NCBI GenBank assembly: GCA_973895155.1
Contig: OZ316897.1
Span: 12,895,375 to 12,959,374, forward strand
Source: Marsupella aquatica
Lineage: Eukaryota; Plantae; Marchantiophyta
Length of the DNA: 64,000 bases
Direction of reading: 5' to 3'
Part shown: positions 49,362-62,600 of the stretch, in pieces
How the letters are laid out: every line of letters begins with the position of its first letter
How positions within the stretch are numbered: the stretch's first letter is position 1
The notes under the pieces: model-generated
Database searches by the model: none
What the model was told of the DNA's origin: nothing
The model's input: the letters and a program-made list of their open reading frames with translations, nothing else
Program-made: the position numbers and the translations under genes

Positions 49362-50517
49362 GGGATATATGCTTGATGGGTCCCCTGGTGAAACTTGTTT
49401 ACCTGATGGGCCCCCATGAAACTTTTTTTACCAAGTGGGACCCCTCTTAATGACCCTACACCTATTTTTGTGTGGTGCCTACTATGTAGAGTTCACCACA
49501 CTCATTGCCTTGTAGTGCAGTGTGCTCCCAGGCCCAGTCCATCATGCTTGTTGTTGCAGTCTACAGCGTCTAGTCCACCACGCGGGTCGCCATAGTCTAC
49601 CACGGTTCATCAAAACAAGCAACAATGCCATTACAGGATTTGACGGGTTAATGCCTAAAGATTCAATGGAGTACGTCTTCCCGTGTTTCAAGGTTTAATT
49701 AGGGTTTAGGGTGTACCCCGACACCTTCGGGTCTGTCTTCTCTTGGAATTGTTTGTATGCATTGCGCAGGGTAGTATTGCCGTTTTTGAGCGCATTTGTC
49801 GATCATTTGTCAATTTTTGTCGTGGCGGTAGTGGGGGAATATTCATTGTGGACATTTGGAGGTACTCCACACTGATGCTAATAGTCGCACATGAAAACAT
49901 CATGAAAAACCCGTGTGCACTGCGTGAAAAGCATACCTAATGACTACCCCGTGATAGGGTACAAATTTGAACCTGAAGACATAATCCATATTGTATTCAA
50001 GTCGCGGTTTGGGCAGCAGCGGCTGCTTTTTGCAATTCTCCCACATCATCTCCGTAGTTTCACCTCTTTCTCCCACATGTTTCTTTGACCATGCAGGGGT
50101 GGCCTCCCGCACAATCCAACAGTCACAAAAAACCGTACAAGCAAACCTAATGACTACCCTGGGATTGGTCAAATTTTGAATCTGAAGACATAATGCATAT
50201 TGTTTTCAAATCACAATTTTGGCCGCGGTGGCCGCTTTTCGCGATTTCTCCCAAATAATCTCCATGGTTTTTTGGTCGACCATGCAGGGTCGCCTGCGCC
50301 ATCCAACCGTGCAGTTTTCCTGGAGTCATGGTTGACCATAGTCTTTCTGGAAAACGTGGTTGGTCACTCCATGAAGGAAAAACTTGTTAGAGTGCCTGTG
50401 ATAAGAACATCTGACCGGAAATCTGACAAGGGACCTAGTATTAGGTACTAAGAAAAGTTACCTAGGGGCCTATCACGTAAGAAAGGTTCACTAGGGGGCC
50501 CATCAAGCATATATCTC
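49362..50517. mobile_element. 1,156-bp non-autonomous Mutator-like element
   Basis: TIR G(G/A)GATATATGCTTGATGGG(T/C)CCCCT(G/A)GTGAA at both ends; 10-bp TSD AATGCAACCA (49352-49361, 50518-50527); internal ~210-bp duplication. Confidence 0.9.
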
Positions 50518-50899
50518 AATGCAACCACAACAACTCAACAACAATAAATGGATTGGTCTTAAACCCAAAACATAGTACATGGTATGAGACATGAATTAGA
50601 GTGAATCTCCCCCCCCCTACTCCCAACACACACACCCACCTTGCCGAGAGGAAATACATAATCTCCAACTGGGGGAGGTCCATTGAGGGCAAAACTTGGG
50701 GATAATTTTTTTTGTGCACTGACATCGAGGCCTGTAGAAGAGCAATGTTGGAGTTTGTAACATGGGGTGGTCACAATTGAAGACATTCAGGCAATTGAAT
50801 AGTTGGCATTCATTTGAAGCATTTTCACAAACCACTAAAAAAGCAAATGAATTAGGTGGCATAATGGGTATGAATGCCAACTATTCAAGGTATTTGCAT

Positions 50900-52395
50900 T
50901 ATTCGCGAAGCATCTTCACCAACGGAAGAAAGAAGTTCACTGTAGCTTTCACATAGGCCCAAAATTTATCTTGTTGTATCCACCCTTTCAGTTCTTCTGC
51001 CTTGGCCCTTGTCGTGACCATTTGATTTTGCACGCACAAGAAGTCTATCATGATAAGACTCCCATTTATCATCAATGACCATTTGTTGCAAAGCTCCTCT
51101 TAGCTCCAATGCTCTTTGCGCCATGAAAAAATTGTTGCAAATCTTGTTGCATTTGGATTTAGTAGTTTTTTGGAAGTCGATTTTCTCACAAATATTGCGG
51201 AGAGCTTTTGGAACGATGAAACTGCTTTTACTATCCATCTCAAGCGTTTAAAAATGCTTTTGAATGGATTCTGTCTACTCTCATCTAGCACTACATTCTT
51301 ATGACCGCACATGTCTTCTAGCAACAAATTGAACACGTGGGCAGCACACCAACTCCAAGTGACATGTGGATATTTTTTCATGACTATCTCACAACCTGCT
51401 ACACGATTTGCAGGCGCACCATCAGTTACAATTTGAACGATGTGATCTGGACCAATGTCATCGATATATTTCAGCCACATCTCTCCAAGATATTTTCCAT
51501 CTTTCCTATCAGCTTGTGCCGCATTCCAACTATCCAAGAAAAAATCACCTTTAGAAGTCAACAACATGACGTTCATCAAAGGTTCCCTATGAATGTTTTC
51601 CCATCCATCTGATGAAACAGAATAACCAAAAGGTTTTGTTTCCTTCATGATTTTGGTGATGTCTTTTGTGAGATCTTCCTTGGCTTCCTCCAACAACTTC
51701 ATTCGCAAATTCCGCATAATGGGAAGAGAATACCCATTTACAATACCTTTTGAAGTCTCATGTACTGCTTCTCGAAAGTAAGGATTCTGTGAAACATTGA
51801 ATGCAATACCACTTGTGTAGAAAGCTTTTGCCCAAAGCTTGTCCAAATACGCTCTATGTGGAACTTGATAAGCATCCATAATTGGGTTTGAAAGACTTCC
51901 TGCCCGAGCCATATGAGTCGTGTTTGACTCATTTTCCATTTGAAACTGGTTAGACTCTGGTGTGGATGCTTGTGAATGGGAAGTTCCAATCTCTGGCCTG
52001 CAACCCCTGACATCCCGCAAGATATGGGTTCCATCCCTTCGTTTGTAGTTGATGTTTGATGGAACTTTGATGACATTGTACATTATGTTGATTTCATCCA
52101 ACTCCACATGACCATACAGGCCTAGGCATGGTGATGCATTCCCTTTCATGATGTTTCCCATCAAATGTGCTTTGGCTCGTGTTGCAGCATGAAAAGTAAT
52201 ATATGTTTTACAAAACTTGCATTTTCGATACATACGGTTTGCATCATTAGATGTTGAAGGCGCATCACACTGTTCAAAATATTTCCACACCGTAGAAAAT
52301 TTTGCACCATGCTCTCGCGAATGATTTGCTCCATGCCTAGGGATAGTGGAACGATATCCAGATTCACCGGACTCATTGTCATTGGAAGAAATCAT
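50900..52395 (-). pseudogene. hAT transposase (BED finger + DUF659), frameshifted near 51125 and 3'-truncated
   Basis: VWKYF..CKFC..RAKAHL; SSDGWENI; VQIVTDGA; WCAAHVFNLLLED; NATRFA; no dimerisation domain seen. Confidence 0.9.
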
Positions 52396-53330
52396 TGTAA
52401 AGAAAGATGTACATGCAGAATTCGAATTCTGCAGTGTACCGTCAATAAAATGATAGTGTCATCTCCTCTCCAACGCACACTAAACATACATAAATACAAC
52501 AATACAAAATAAATATTTATTGTATACCAAACTTCATATAGCAGATACAATGAACCCCAAGAATAATCACATTTCACAACATTTTGAGTTCCCTAAATTT
52601 TATCATAGTATTTTCGTTATTTTTATGTTTGGTTGTAACAATTATAAAAGAGTAGGACACTTTGATGAATTACCACAATCTGAGTCGAGACTCCAAGATT
52701 ACGCACCATCGTTTCCCGATCTCTCATACTTGCTTACATCCCTACTTCGTCCTAAGTTATAGAATATCTATAACTTAACAATCATTTCTTTATAAAGCAG
52801 AAATATTTTCAGGGAAATCGTGACACACATGTGAAATATCACAGACTGAGCCAAAGCTCCAAGCCTACGCACATGGATTTCTTTATCCTTTGAAATTTTT
52901 TTGCTTACTAAATAAATGACGTTAAGTTGTTAAGTTAATATATAGAACTCTTGTATGAAATATCCCGAGCCGAGCCAAGACTCCAGACCCGCGCATACAA
53001 AAAGTCATATATATTACTCCATTACAATTCACTAAGGAAAAACATTTCATTATAAGACTCTAAAATTGAGAAGTATTGCAAAACTTACCCTTAGACCTTA
53101 GTGGCTTAGTGTTTCTCGTACTAAGTTGTGTGTACAATGATTGGGGATCTCCCCTTTTATGGCCTCCCACGAACCCCTTTTCCCGTGTTTTTAGCCTTAA
53201 TTTTTGGTTTACACCCTTTTAACCCTAATTTTGGCCGTCTCGCGGCCCCTAACCCTAATCCCAGCTGCAAAGTAAATTACCGCCCGGGCCCTTCCCCCCC
53301 CGCCCGGCCCCTTCCCCCCCGGATTTTCAG

Positions 53331-54507
53331 ATGATGAGCCAGAACCTGAGTGGCATTGCAGGCCATAGTGCATCCTCACGACAATGTGAGCCGTTGCGTG
53401 ACTCGGATCTCAACAATGTAGCTACAGCCTGTCCCACTGATGCACCACGGCCTCAAGGAAAGAGTAAGTTGCCAGATTGGACCAACAAGGAGATGAAGGT
53501 TCTCATTGCAGCAAAGCGGAATGAATATCACAATGTTGTTATGGAAGGCTCAACACAGAAGAAGATGACCAGCAGCAAGTTGAAATGGAAAGCTGTGGCA
53601 AAGTTTATGGTGGATGAGGGATTTACTAATCCTATTCGAGATCCAAACTCTTGTAAGAAGAAGTGGCAGATCATTGAGAGCAAGTTCAAACTGATTTATG
53701 ATTATGAGAAGAAGGAGAAAACCGGGCAGATTTCTTACTTTGACATGGATGACAAACAGCGACGCAATGATCAATTCCCCACTAATTTCTCTGTTGCCCT
53801 GTATGAGGAATTGCTAGAGTGGTATGCACGTATTCCTCGTGTTACTCCACCTACAAGGTTTTTATCTGACATTTCTACTATGGACCGAAACCCAAGGCCA
53901 GATCCGTTCATTTTGTCATCAGAAAGTAAGAAGTTGCTTACAAGTTCTTATCTCAATATATTGTACTATCAAGTGCAAGTGGGTTTTTGTTTTTTAATTG
54001 ATTTCTGTTGTGCAAGTAGTTTGTTTGTATGTATCACACATTTTCATGCCCACTAATATTTTTTGTCTCATTTTCTTTACTTTTCTATTTCTTTTATTTG
54101 CAGGTGATGATGTTGAGGTTGATGAACATAGGTCTGTACCTATGAGCCAAAATCACTGCTCACAACCAACACAAGAGAGTGCAGAACAGAACACTGAGCA
54201 TATTGGTGGAGTGAGAGAACCATCATCTCCTCAGGAGTTTTCTGGCCCAAGTAAGAGAAGTGTGAAGCAAAAGGCCTTCAAGTCTAGTAGTGACAAACAT
54301 GGCCATTTGAAAACCATGGCCAACAGTTGTGCGAAGATGGCATCTACGGCCAAGCGTGATAGTGAAATTCGAGAACGTGAGTGTGAAGTTCAAGAACGAC
54401 AAGAGAGGGTTTTAACTGCAGCAATCATGACAACAGCCGAGCAGATGACACGTTTGACTGACGTCCTTATGGAGAAGCTTGCTAGTTCTTCACAACCTTC
54501 ACAATAG
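53331..54507 (+). CDS. PIF/Harbinger accessory Myb/SANT-like (trihelix) DNA-binding protein, 332 aa; intron 53926-54103
   Basis: WTNKEMKVLI..KWKAVA..RDPNSCKKKW; phase-1 GT-AG intron gives a 999-nt intact CDS with a C-terminal coiled coil; convergent with the transposase. Confidence 0.88.
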
Positions 54508-54699
54508 AGACTTAGCATTTGTTTAGACAGTTTGTCTATATAGAAGCAAGTACCTACATTTTCATCAAGTGTAGTACAATGGGCCTCACAATTACATAAG
54601 ACTACATGATGACACTTTCATGCACATTTCAATTGAAGTTTTTATTTCAAATTTGCCTTTTGCAATTGGAAAAACATAAATGATCACAGTCTATTATCT

Positions 54700-56040
54700 C
54701 TAGTAAGGGGCAGCACGACATCTTTGTTGTTCCTGTTCCCACTCTCTCTGAGGGAGCAAATGGTTCATCATTGCAGTACGATATCTACGTCCATTATTGT
54801 AAGTTTGATGTGCAGTAGGGGGACCTCCGGGTTCATAAGGGGGGTCTGGGTCTATCCCCCAAGCTGGGTCATAAGCATCTCCACGGTCAATACGGATGTT
54901 GTGAAGAATGCACGCACAAGTAATGTAATGCGGTAGTCGATAAGGAGCTGGCCGATATATTTTACGTGAAATAAATCTCCAACTATTCTTTAACTGACCA
55001 AAAGCACGCTCCACGCACATCCTAGTTGAGCTCAACATGTAGTTAAATTCCTTCTCCCGACTATGCTCCATTACAGAAGGAAAAGGATTTATCAACCATG
55101 GATAAGCAGGGTAGCCGGCATCGCCAATAACATACTCCCCTGTACGAAATCCTGTTGGTGATGTAAATGTTGGACCTGAGAGTTTTGTATGGTGTACCAA
55201 AACATTGTTGCAAAATCCAGATACTTTTAGAAGGCGTGAGTCTTGAATGCTACCAGGCCATCCTGCAAAGACATCCAAAAAACAAAGGCAACTATCACAA
55301 ATACCTTGCATGGAAATGCTCTGACCATGCTTGTAGTCACGATAATCAATGGAATTCGTTCCAGGAGGTAACTCCACTTGAAAATGAGTCCCATCAATTG
55401 CACCACAACAATTTGGGAATCCTTGCAGTTGGCGGAATTCTTCTTTCACCATTGCCATGGCCTCTCCTTGTGGCCAACTCAAATGTCTCCCCCTTGCTCG
55501 CACAATTAAAGCCTTCACAAATCACCAAATGACTTCCGATATGCATGGGACAGAAACTCCAAACATCTCTGAAAGTGTCAACAACAAGCAACCACTGGAA
55601 AACCGATGGAGGGCTATGGCAACCTGGCGCTCAACAGACAATGTCCTGTTTGTCAAATTGCGGAGGCCAGGCGGGGGATTTGTTGTCATGTCTTCTCTAA
55701 TCAGGTCACAAATGTACATGAACGTTGCCGGTGACACCCGAAACAAATACTTGAAGCGAACAGGATCCTGCTCAATGACATGCATGAGATACCAGCCACT
55801 CCACTCTCTTGACCTTGGCTCAATGTAATTCCCCGAAATATGATGATAGTCTCTGCAAAATGCATGCTGAATAATCTGAAAGAGTTGAAGCAAGTTAGCA
55901 AAATGTGAACCATTGTCACATCTTTGTGGTATCGAATTATTGGCAAGAAGAGTGTACAATTGTAGTTGCAACAAGAACAATTGCTGCAAAACAAGAATTG
56001 TGGACAATATTATTTCCAATTCCTCGTTTGAAAGCACCAT
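54700..56040 (-). pseudogene. PIF/Harbinger (HARBI1-like, DDE_Tnp_4) transposase with one in-frame TGA (55522-55524)
   Basis: FRVSPATF; SVERQVAIAL (HTH); GAIDGTH; GDAGYP; VERAFGQLK; ACILHN; the two ORFs share a frame. Confidence 0.93.
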
Positions 56041-58169
56041 TGCACAATCTCGGGCGCCAGCTTAATAGTGTGACCGGAAAAGGCCTGCACAAAGAATGAA
56101 AGTAAAAATTATGTCAATATGAAGAGGGAAATTTAGGGTAGTAAATAAGTGAATGAAACTAATAATTTGTAGACACACATTCAGGAGTTATTTCTTTGTT
56201 TTGTAAGCATCAATGTGCACTTCTTCAAGTCACAAAAAGTGCTTTTCAAACCTCCTTTGAAGAGGCCCCATAAAGTTTATACTTTGACCCTGTTCCATAC
56301 TTACGACATCATTGTAAACAACATTGTATTTTCGTAATGTACCTTTCAGTATACTGAATGAACGACTGCAAAGCTAATACTCACTTTAAATACTCAGCTA
56401 ATACTGAATGATCGACTGATCGACTGCAAAGCTTACAGCTCATACTCACTACTTGTAACTTTGCTCTTTGTTTTTGAGGTCAATGATTGGGTGCATTGGC
56501 TCAATGATTGTCAAACTCCAGCTACGGGGAAATCTAGATGAGAGTGAAGAAGATTCCTCAAGCTCTTGGAAGGAAAGTAAATGTACAGTCAGGCTCAAAG
56601 AAGGATTACATTGCAATCCTATTGAAAAGGACACAGAAATAGTCAATCAGGCAATCAAGCATCCAAGACAAGGGTTGCATTGATCAGGTATCCAAGACAA
56701 GATTGCATCAATTAGGCATTGTGGAGCGCAGGTATGGGGAGTACAGATTGCATCGATCAGGCACATTGTGAGTTCGACATTCTTTACACATTGGGGCTTC
56801 GGTTTTTTCGCACATTGAAAAGCAGGGAATGAGTTCGTCATACGTACCAAAAATTCTAATAAATGCAGATCACAATTGCAATGTCGTGCCAAGAGCGAGC
56901 AATGTGGATGAAATTGTAAGCACAGTCCCAGCACTGGCGGAGACAACAAACATAGTGACAAGCCGTCACTGTGCTGGAGTCCTTGAGCACTATGTGTGTT
57001 AAATGAGCTGGAGTTCGGAGGTTGCAGAAGTTCGCTGCAGGCTGGGAACAAGAGAAGTGAGCACTGTGCATGGTAATCCGGGAGTTTGAAGAAAGTAGAA
57101 GTGAGAAGCGAGCAGAGATTGCCGCATGTAATCCGGGTTATTGAGGGACCTGTGACATTTTACAGGGACATCTTTTGCTGCAGGAGCTCCCGCATACCGG
57201 CCTGTATTCTCAAGGGGTGGAAACGACAGAGGAGGACACGTTATTGAGTGGGAGCATTGCACGTAATGACTTGGAAGATTCTGTTTTTATTTGGTCACCT
57301 ACTTTTTCCCTAAGTTTGTGGGCAGGTAAGGGCCGCTTTTTAAAGGACTTGCACATGCAAGATGACTCTAAGAGTACTTCCGAAAGGGGCTCACAAAGAC
57401 CATTGAACTAATGTACGTAAAATTCGTGGGCCCAGGTCTCGAGCATAAAGTCTTTTTAGTTGCCATTAAGAGTGGCTAGTTGGCTACCTCCCAAATTTTG
57501 CTTTCGTTGCTAGCCACTCCCAAGTCCGCCACCTGCTGAGGCGACATAAAGAGTCAGAGCTCTCGCACTGATGGGGCCTCTTGCCTCCCAAGACTCTTGG
57601 GATGTACTTGATAGCCAGTGTGCTGCTTGCTAGAGATCAAGCTCACAAAGGCGATTTGCCCCACCTTGCGGCGGAAGTAAGATCCGGCCGATCTGGTTTG
57701 CGTGGCTGAGAAAATCTCTGGAATCCGTGCGTGAGGAGAGTGATGGATAAAGCAAGAAAAATTATTATGACGACAAAAGATGCTGATATTAGGGGGCCTT
57801 TACAAGAAGGTGGGGACCGTTCAATCTCTCTCTCCATAGCAAAGCTGATGATCATTTTTTTTCACAAAAGTTAAAATATCTGAGTCAAAATGTGGCAGGT
57901 TTGAAAATAATCAATGTAACTCCCTCAAAATAAGCTGCCGTTTGCTCCAAGTTTTTAGATCACCTCAAGAAGAGATCTAAGTTTTTGACAAAAAATCTTG
58001 CACACCTCAGGGGAAAAAAGGGACCCACAAGGGGCCCACTGACAAATGACTAGGTTCGGTAATGCTTTTGGTTCATTGTGCTCCCAAGTTCATGTAAAGT
58101 GAAGTGTGGCCAGTTCCCACATATCAATGGCTAGGATTGCATCTTTCACTTAGAAAAAAAATAGAATTC

Positions 58170-58201
58170 CTACCCCCAAGTTCTTGTAAAGCCACCCTAA
58201 G
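58170..58201 (-). mobile_element. PIF/Harbinger-type terminal sequence (right end), 2.1 kb from the transposase start
   Basis: ...GTAAAGCCACCC-TAA-G; inverted match to 5073-5104 (28/32). Confidence 0.6.
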
Positions 58202-58279
58202 GTTAAGGTAGGCAGCTATTCCTTTATGGGAAGTATGTATACAGTCTACCAATGTATGATGAGAAACAGTATAACATAA

Positions 58280-58593
58280 TAGGGCGTGTCAAAATATAAC
58301 ATAATAAAGAGTGTTATTATTTTTATTTTTTGTACATACCACCCTTATGGAGTACATATTTTGGTAACTCATAGTAAATCTGTAGGGTCCGGATAACAAC
58401 ACATCAAAATATGTCATATAAGGTGTACGATATCCCTGTATACCATGATAAATCTAGTTATTTTCTTTCAATCAATGAATCAACCACACCACATTTTGAT
58501 GTGTGATTACCGGCAGGGAAATCTGTGATGAATGTAAGAATGTTTTATGTCCCCAACCATAACTAAGTTATAACTATACTTTAACACGCCCTA
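58280..58593. mobile_element. ~314-bp fold-back MITE
   Basis: TAGGGCGTGTCAAAATATA vs reverse complement TAGGGCGTGTTAAAGTATA; inner inverted pair at ~58389 and ~58490; TSD ambiguous (TA or AAT). Confidence 0.7.
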
Positions 58594-59406
58594 ATAAAAA
58601 CTATACATGTCATAAGGGATGAGGGGTGGGTCTTAATATTACCTTAAATTGCCTAAAAGGAGTCCCAGACTTCTTTCTTTCTTACATTCTTTTTTTCTAC
58701 CATGAGACTTTGCTCCACAATGATAGGAAAAAGTACTAAAATTGGTTAAATCTGGTGTTTCTTTCATGGCTAGTGGCTCTTTAAAAGTTGTTAAACATTG
58801 ACTAAACTTATTTTATTGTGTGACAGCATAGTGAATACCCAATTATTGCACTAGCAAAAACACTAGGCTAGCAGACCATATATTCATAGGCTTATGTGTC
58901 TAGGTATGAATGAACCAAAAACTGCAAGGAAGCCCAGACAACTATTCTACCAGGCTTGGTCAATTTGGTTGCTTGGGATGATTTCTTGTGAGACTATACT
59001 GCATAGTTGGAAATTGATGAAGTAAGAGGAATGGCCCCACTTCTGCATAGGTATGGCACTGAGTACAATTCATTCTTCAGAATGCGGCCTTCACCAGAAA
59101 CAGTGTGATTCATCTCCAGCCCATATTTTTGTTGGAGAGCCTATTTTTGTTGGAGAGTCTCTACTCGAGGAATGGGACGTATGGGTGAAACTGTACGTGG
59201 CACAACCTGAGGGCTGTTGTTTGCCAGCACATTTGGAAGGTCACTTGGTTTTGGTCAAGGTGATGCGGAGTCTTGCAAGATCTGTGGTGTTTTGCTCTTC
59301 TTCGGGTCAGTCATCTTGCACAAATTTTTCTAGTACTCAAAAAGAGACAATTTGAAAAAGTGCAATTAGCTGAACTTAATTTTTAGTTTTCTATTTCTTT
59401 TTCCAA

Positions 59407-59500
59407 ATTTGAGCTGCTCATGCATGGATTCATATGTATCAGTTTATTGAAAGAGAGTCCGATATGAGTCCATATGAATACATGCATGAGCAGCTCAAAT
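59407..59500. repeat. Hairpin with 30-bp arms (29/30) and a 34-nt loop
   Basis: ATTTGAGCTGCTCATGCATGGATTCATATG / CATATGAATACATGCATGAGCAGCTCAAAT. Confidence 0.85.
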
Positions 59501-59697
59501 ATGCATGGATTCATATGAATATGGATTCTGCACCGACAACAATGCCTCCTCCAATCCCCAAGAGTCTGAGGGTTCATATGCATTGGGTAAAAGGAAATTA
59601 GAAAGCACTACCACTTGAATTTGGAATCTACTTGCTGATGCTCATGATTTCAATAGCCGTACCAAATGAAGGTTTTAGTGCTCATTTTTGGCAATTA

Positions 59698-62600
59698 GCA
59701 ATAACTTTTATTTGGCCAAGCCATATGTACTTCCATGGTGCTCACTTTTCCATTTACAAAGCTTTTTAAGACCCTTTGAATTTAGCATAGAATACACAAA
59801 ACTAGGTTCAGAATAAACACCTGCTCAAATTGAAACTATTATTTACAAAAAATGTTTATTCATTTCAATGCGTTTGTGATTCCTTTTCTATGGAATCTAA
59901 CAATTCCCGCTTTTTAGTTACATTTTTTTCAGTAGTGGGATCTGAACCCACTACTTTCACCTCCCCTGAATGGTACGCTACAAAAATGTGCTATACCCTG
60001 TTTATTCCTAAATCCAATAGTGAATGGCCTGAAGCCACCCCCTTGCACCCTGCCTTCCCTCCGGAAAAAACAATCTGAGCTTAGTCCATTTCATGTGACT
60101 CGGGGAGGATGCAGGAGAGGATGAAAGCAGGCGGCCTACACTCACCTAGGTCAGCCTGAAGACAAACAAGGTCCAAGGACAAAACTCCTGAGTGAAATGA
60201 AGGTAACGCAGGTGAACAGGGTCTGGTAGTGATGATGGTGCCTTGCAAATGAACCTGAAATGGTAGGGGAACCCTCCTTGACCTCCATGAGAGATGAAAG
60301 TGAAAAAGATCTATCCTCAACAAGGATTCTATCACCCAGCAATGAGAATGGTGCCCATGCTCCCAAAGAGGCCGAAGGCACTATGCTCAAACCACCATAA
60401 GAAATACTTAGAAGTGATGATCTCACGCAGATGAGAGCAAAGAACCATGACCTAAAAGGGAGGAAAAAGTCATAACCTGAAACAACTACTGTAAACTAAT
60501 TACGACAATTTGTTGAGCACGGGTGTCCTGCAATGTTGGACGGACAAGCCTACTGTTTGAGAAAGTGGAACACAGTGCCATTAACACGTAATGTCACAGT
60601 GGGATATGAGTCACCACAGAGTCAAACATGTTTTGCAAGTTCCCAAAGATGAGACAATCTTATCATCATGTTTTTTAAGGGATTTGGGATCGAGGTAGCC
60701 ACTCTAGCTTTCATTTATGTACTACCCAAGGTTAGTTTCAGTGGCAAGCAAGATTTTCAGTTGATAAGAAGCAAGAGTTTCAGTCGATAAGGATAAGGTG
60801 ATAATTAAAAATTGAGCCATGGAAGGAGGACAGATGGATTGAGGAATTGGGAGCAAACTATAGAGTTGATAGGAAGAAGTGCACAAAAGAATGTGAAATA
60901 AATTCCTCTGGAGGGAAATTGGACCCCTCCATGTGGCCAAAGACACACCCTACCAAGAGGAATAATCAAATATACAGAGTGTAGGGAGACCCTGGATTCT
61001 CTATTATTTTCCCCAAGCCGTTCAGATGTAGGGGTAGGTGGTAACTTGCATTCAACATACATGAGGAGGAGGTGATGATCTGGAAATGTCAGAGTGAGGA
61101 GAGTGGTGAATTTACCAGGGTTCAATGGCAGGTGAGGCACCTTGACGCCTCCGCCCCTCATGACATTTCCAGATCATCACCTCCTCCTCATGTATGTTGA
61201 ATGCAAGTTACCACCTACCCCTACATCTGAACGGCTTGGGGAAAATAATAGAGAATCCGCCCCTCATGAGGTAGCCAGTTGTCAACCGTGTGGAGTTCAA
61301 GTTTAGCAATTGTTTAAAAGGACCAATCCATGTGTCCGAGGACACATCCTACCAGGAGGAAGGATTCAAATACGCAAGGGGAAAGGAGACCTTGAATTCT
61401 CTACTATTTTCCCAGCCGTTAAGATACAGGTGGTAGCTTAGATTCTCTATTATTTCCCCCAAGCAGCTACGATATAGGTGGTAACTTGCATGCAACATCC
61501 ATGAGGAGGAGGTGGAGAGCTGGGAAACGTCAGGGTGATAAGACTGGTGACTTTACTGCAGGGGCCTATGGCAGATAGGGGCAACTTCACGGCCTCACCA
61601 CCACTCAGGAGGGTGGTCATTTGTCAACAGCTTGGAGTCCAATTTTTAGCAAAGTTTCTTTTTGAGTTGCACTTTTGTTTCTTTGTGCCTCTTTTTTTGC
61701 CTTGGAGCATGCTGAGTGCATGACTTGCCTGGCCGAGCTGGAGTGATGGATCAATTGTGTGGAATGATTAGTGATGACCTGACTGAGGAAGGCTGGTAGG
61801 CAACTTGAAATTCCTGCCTTCCCCACGCGGCCACGCGGTCTGTATGATTTAGTACTTTATCCTGTCCAGCTCTCTCCCACTGTCCAATTTTCAAGCGAGT
61901 AGTTCTTGCTCTACAGTAGCGTTTTCTGGGTGCCGGAGGACTGGTTGTCCATTACAGCCAGCCAGCCACCTACTCTACTTCTCTTTCTGCCCGCAAAGGA
62001 CAGGATACCCAAATCAATTCTCAACTGTATGCCTCAGCGTATTTTTTAAGGTTTTTTATTTTTAGCCAGTGTGGCGAATGTTTCCTTCTCTGAGGGAGGA
62101 GATTCTAAGAATATTCTCTGTCAAATTTTATTAAATTAAATTGTTTCCATCTCAGTCTCTTTAGAATTGAGCTCTGCAATCTCCATGCAACAATCCGTGT
62201 AGCACGACCACAAGTAGACAACGATATACATCGACAAGTTGCAGGACAAGGAAAGTTGGCAGAATACAGATTTGTAATTACCCTGGTTCAATGTGAGTAG
62301 TACTATTGTAGCTTCAGTTCCAGTGGTAGGGATCCGCCCACGCTGATATACATCAACCAGTTGCAGCAGGACAAGGGAAGTGCCTGGTCAAACTCCTCGT
62401 AAATTTCAATATTCACACTGGTACAGTTGTCGCCTCATGTTGCCCGGAAGAAAGGCCGAACTGGTAGTAAGCCCTTCACAATGCAGGCCCTAATTGTCTC
62501 ACATACCAGTGGATCACATTATCACTAAATGAAACGGACTGGGTGACCCTGCGCCAGACCTGTGGCACCAATCGATGCATTTTCAAAGACAAGGGCCAGA

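Noticed and set aside
46788-57443. CTTGAAACCCGGGC / GCCCAGGTCTCGAG as a TIR pair
   Set aside because: Only 11/14 identity and no TSD.
57468-58200. Tourist-like MITE TAA-GAGTGGCT...AGCCACCC-TAA
   Set aside because: The inverted match is only ~8 bp, and the right end matches 5073-5104 far better. Not excluded, but unsupported.
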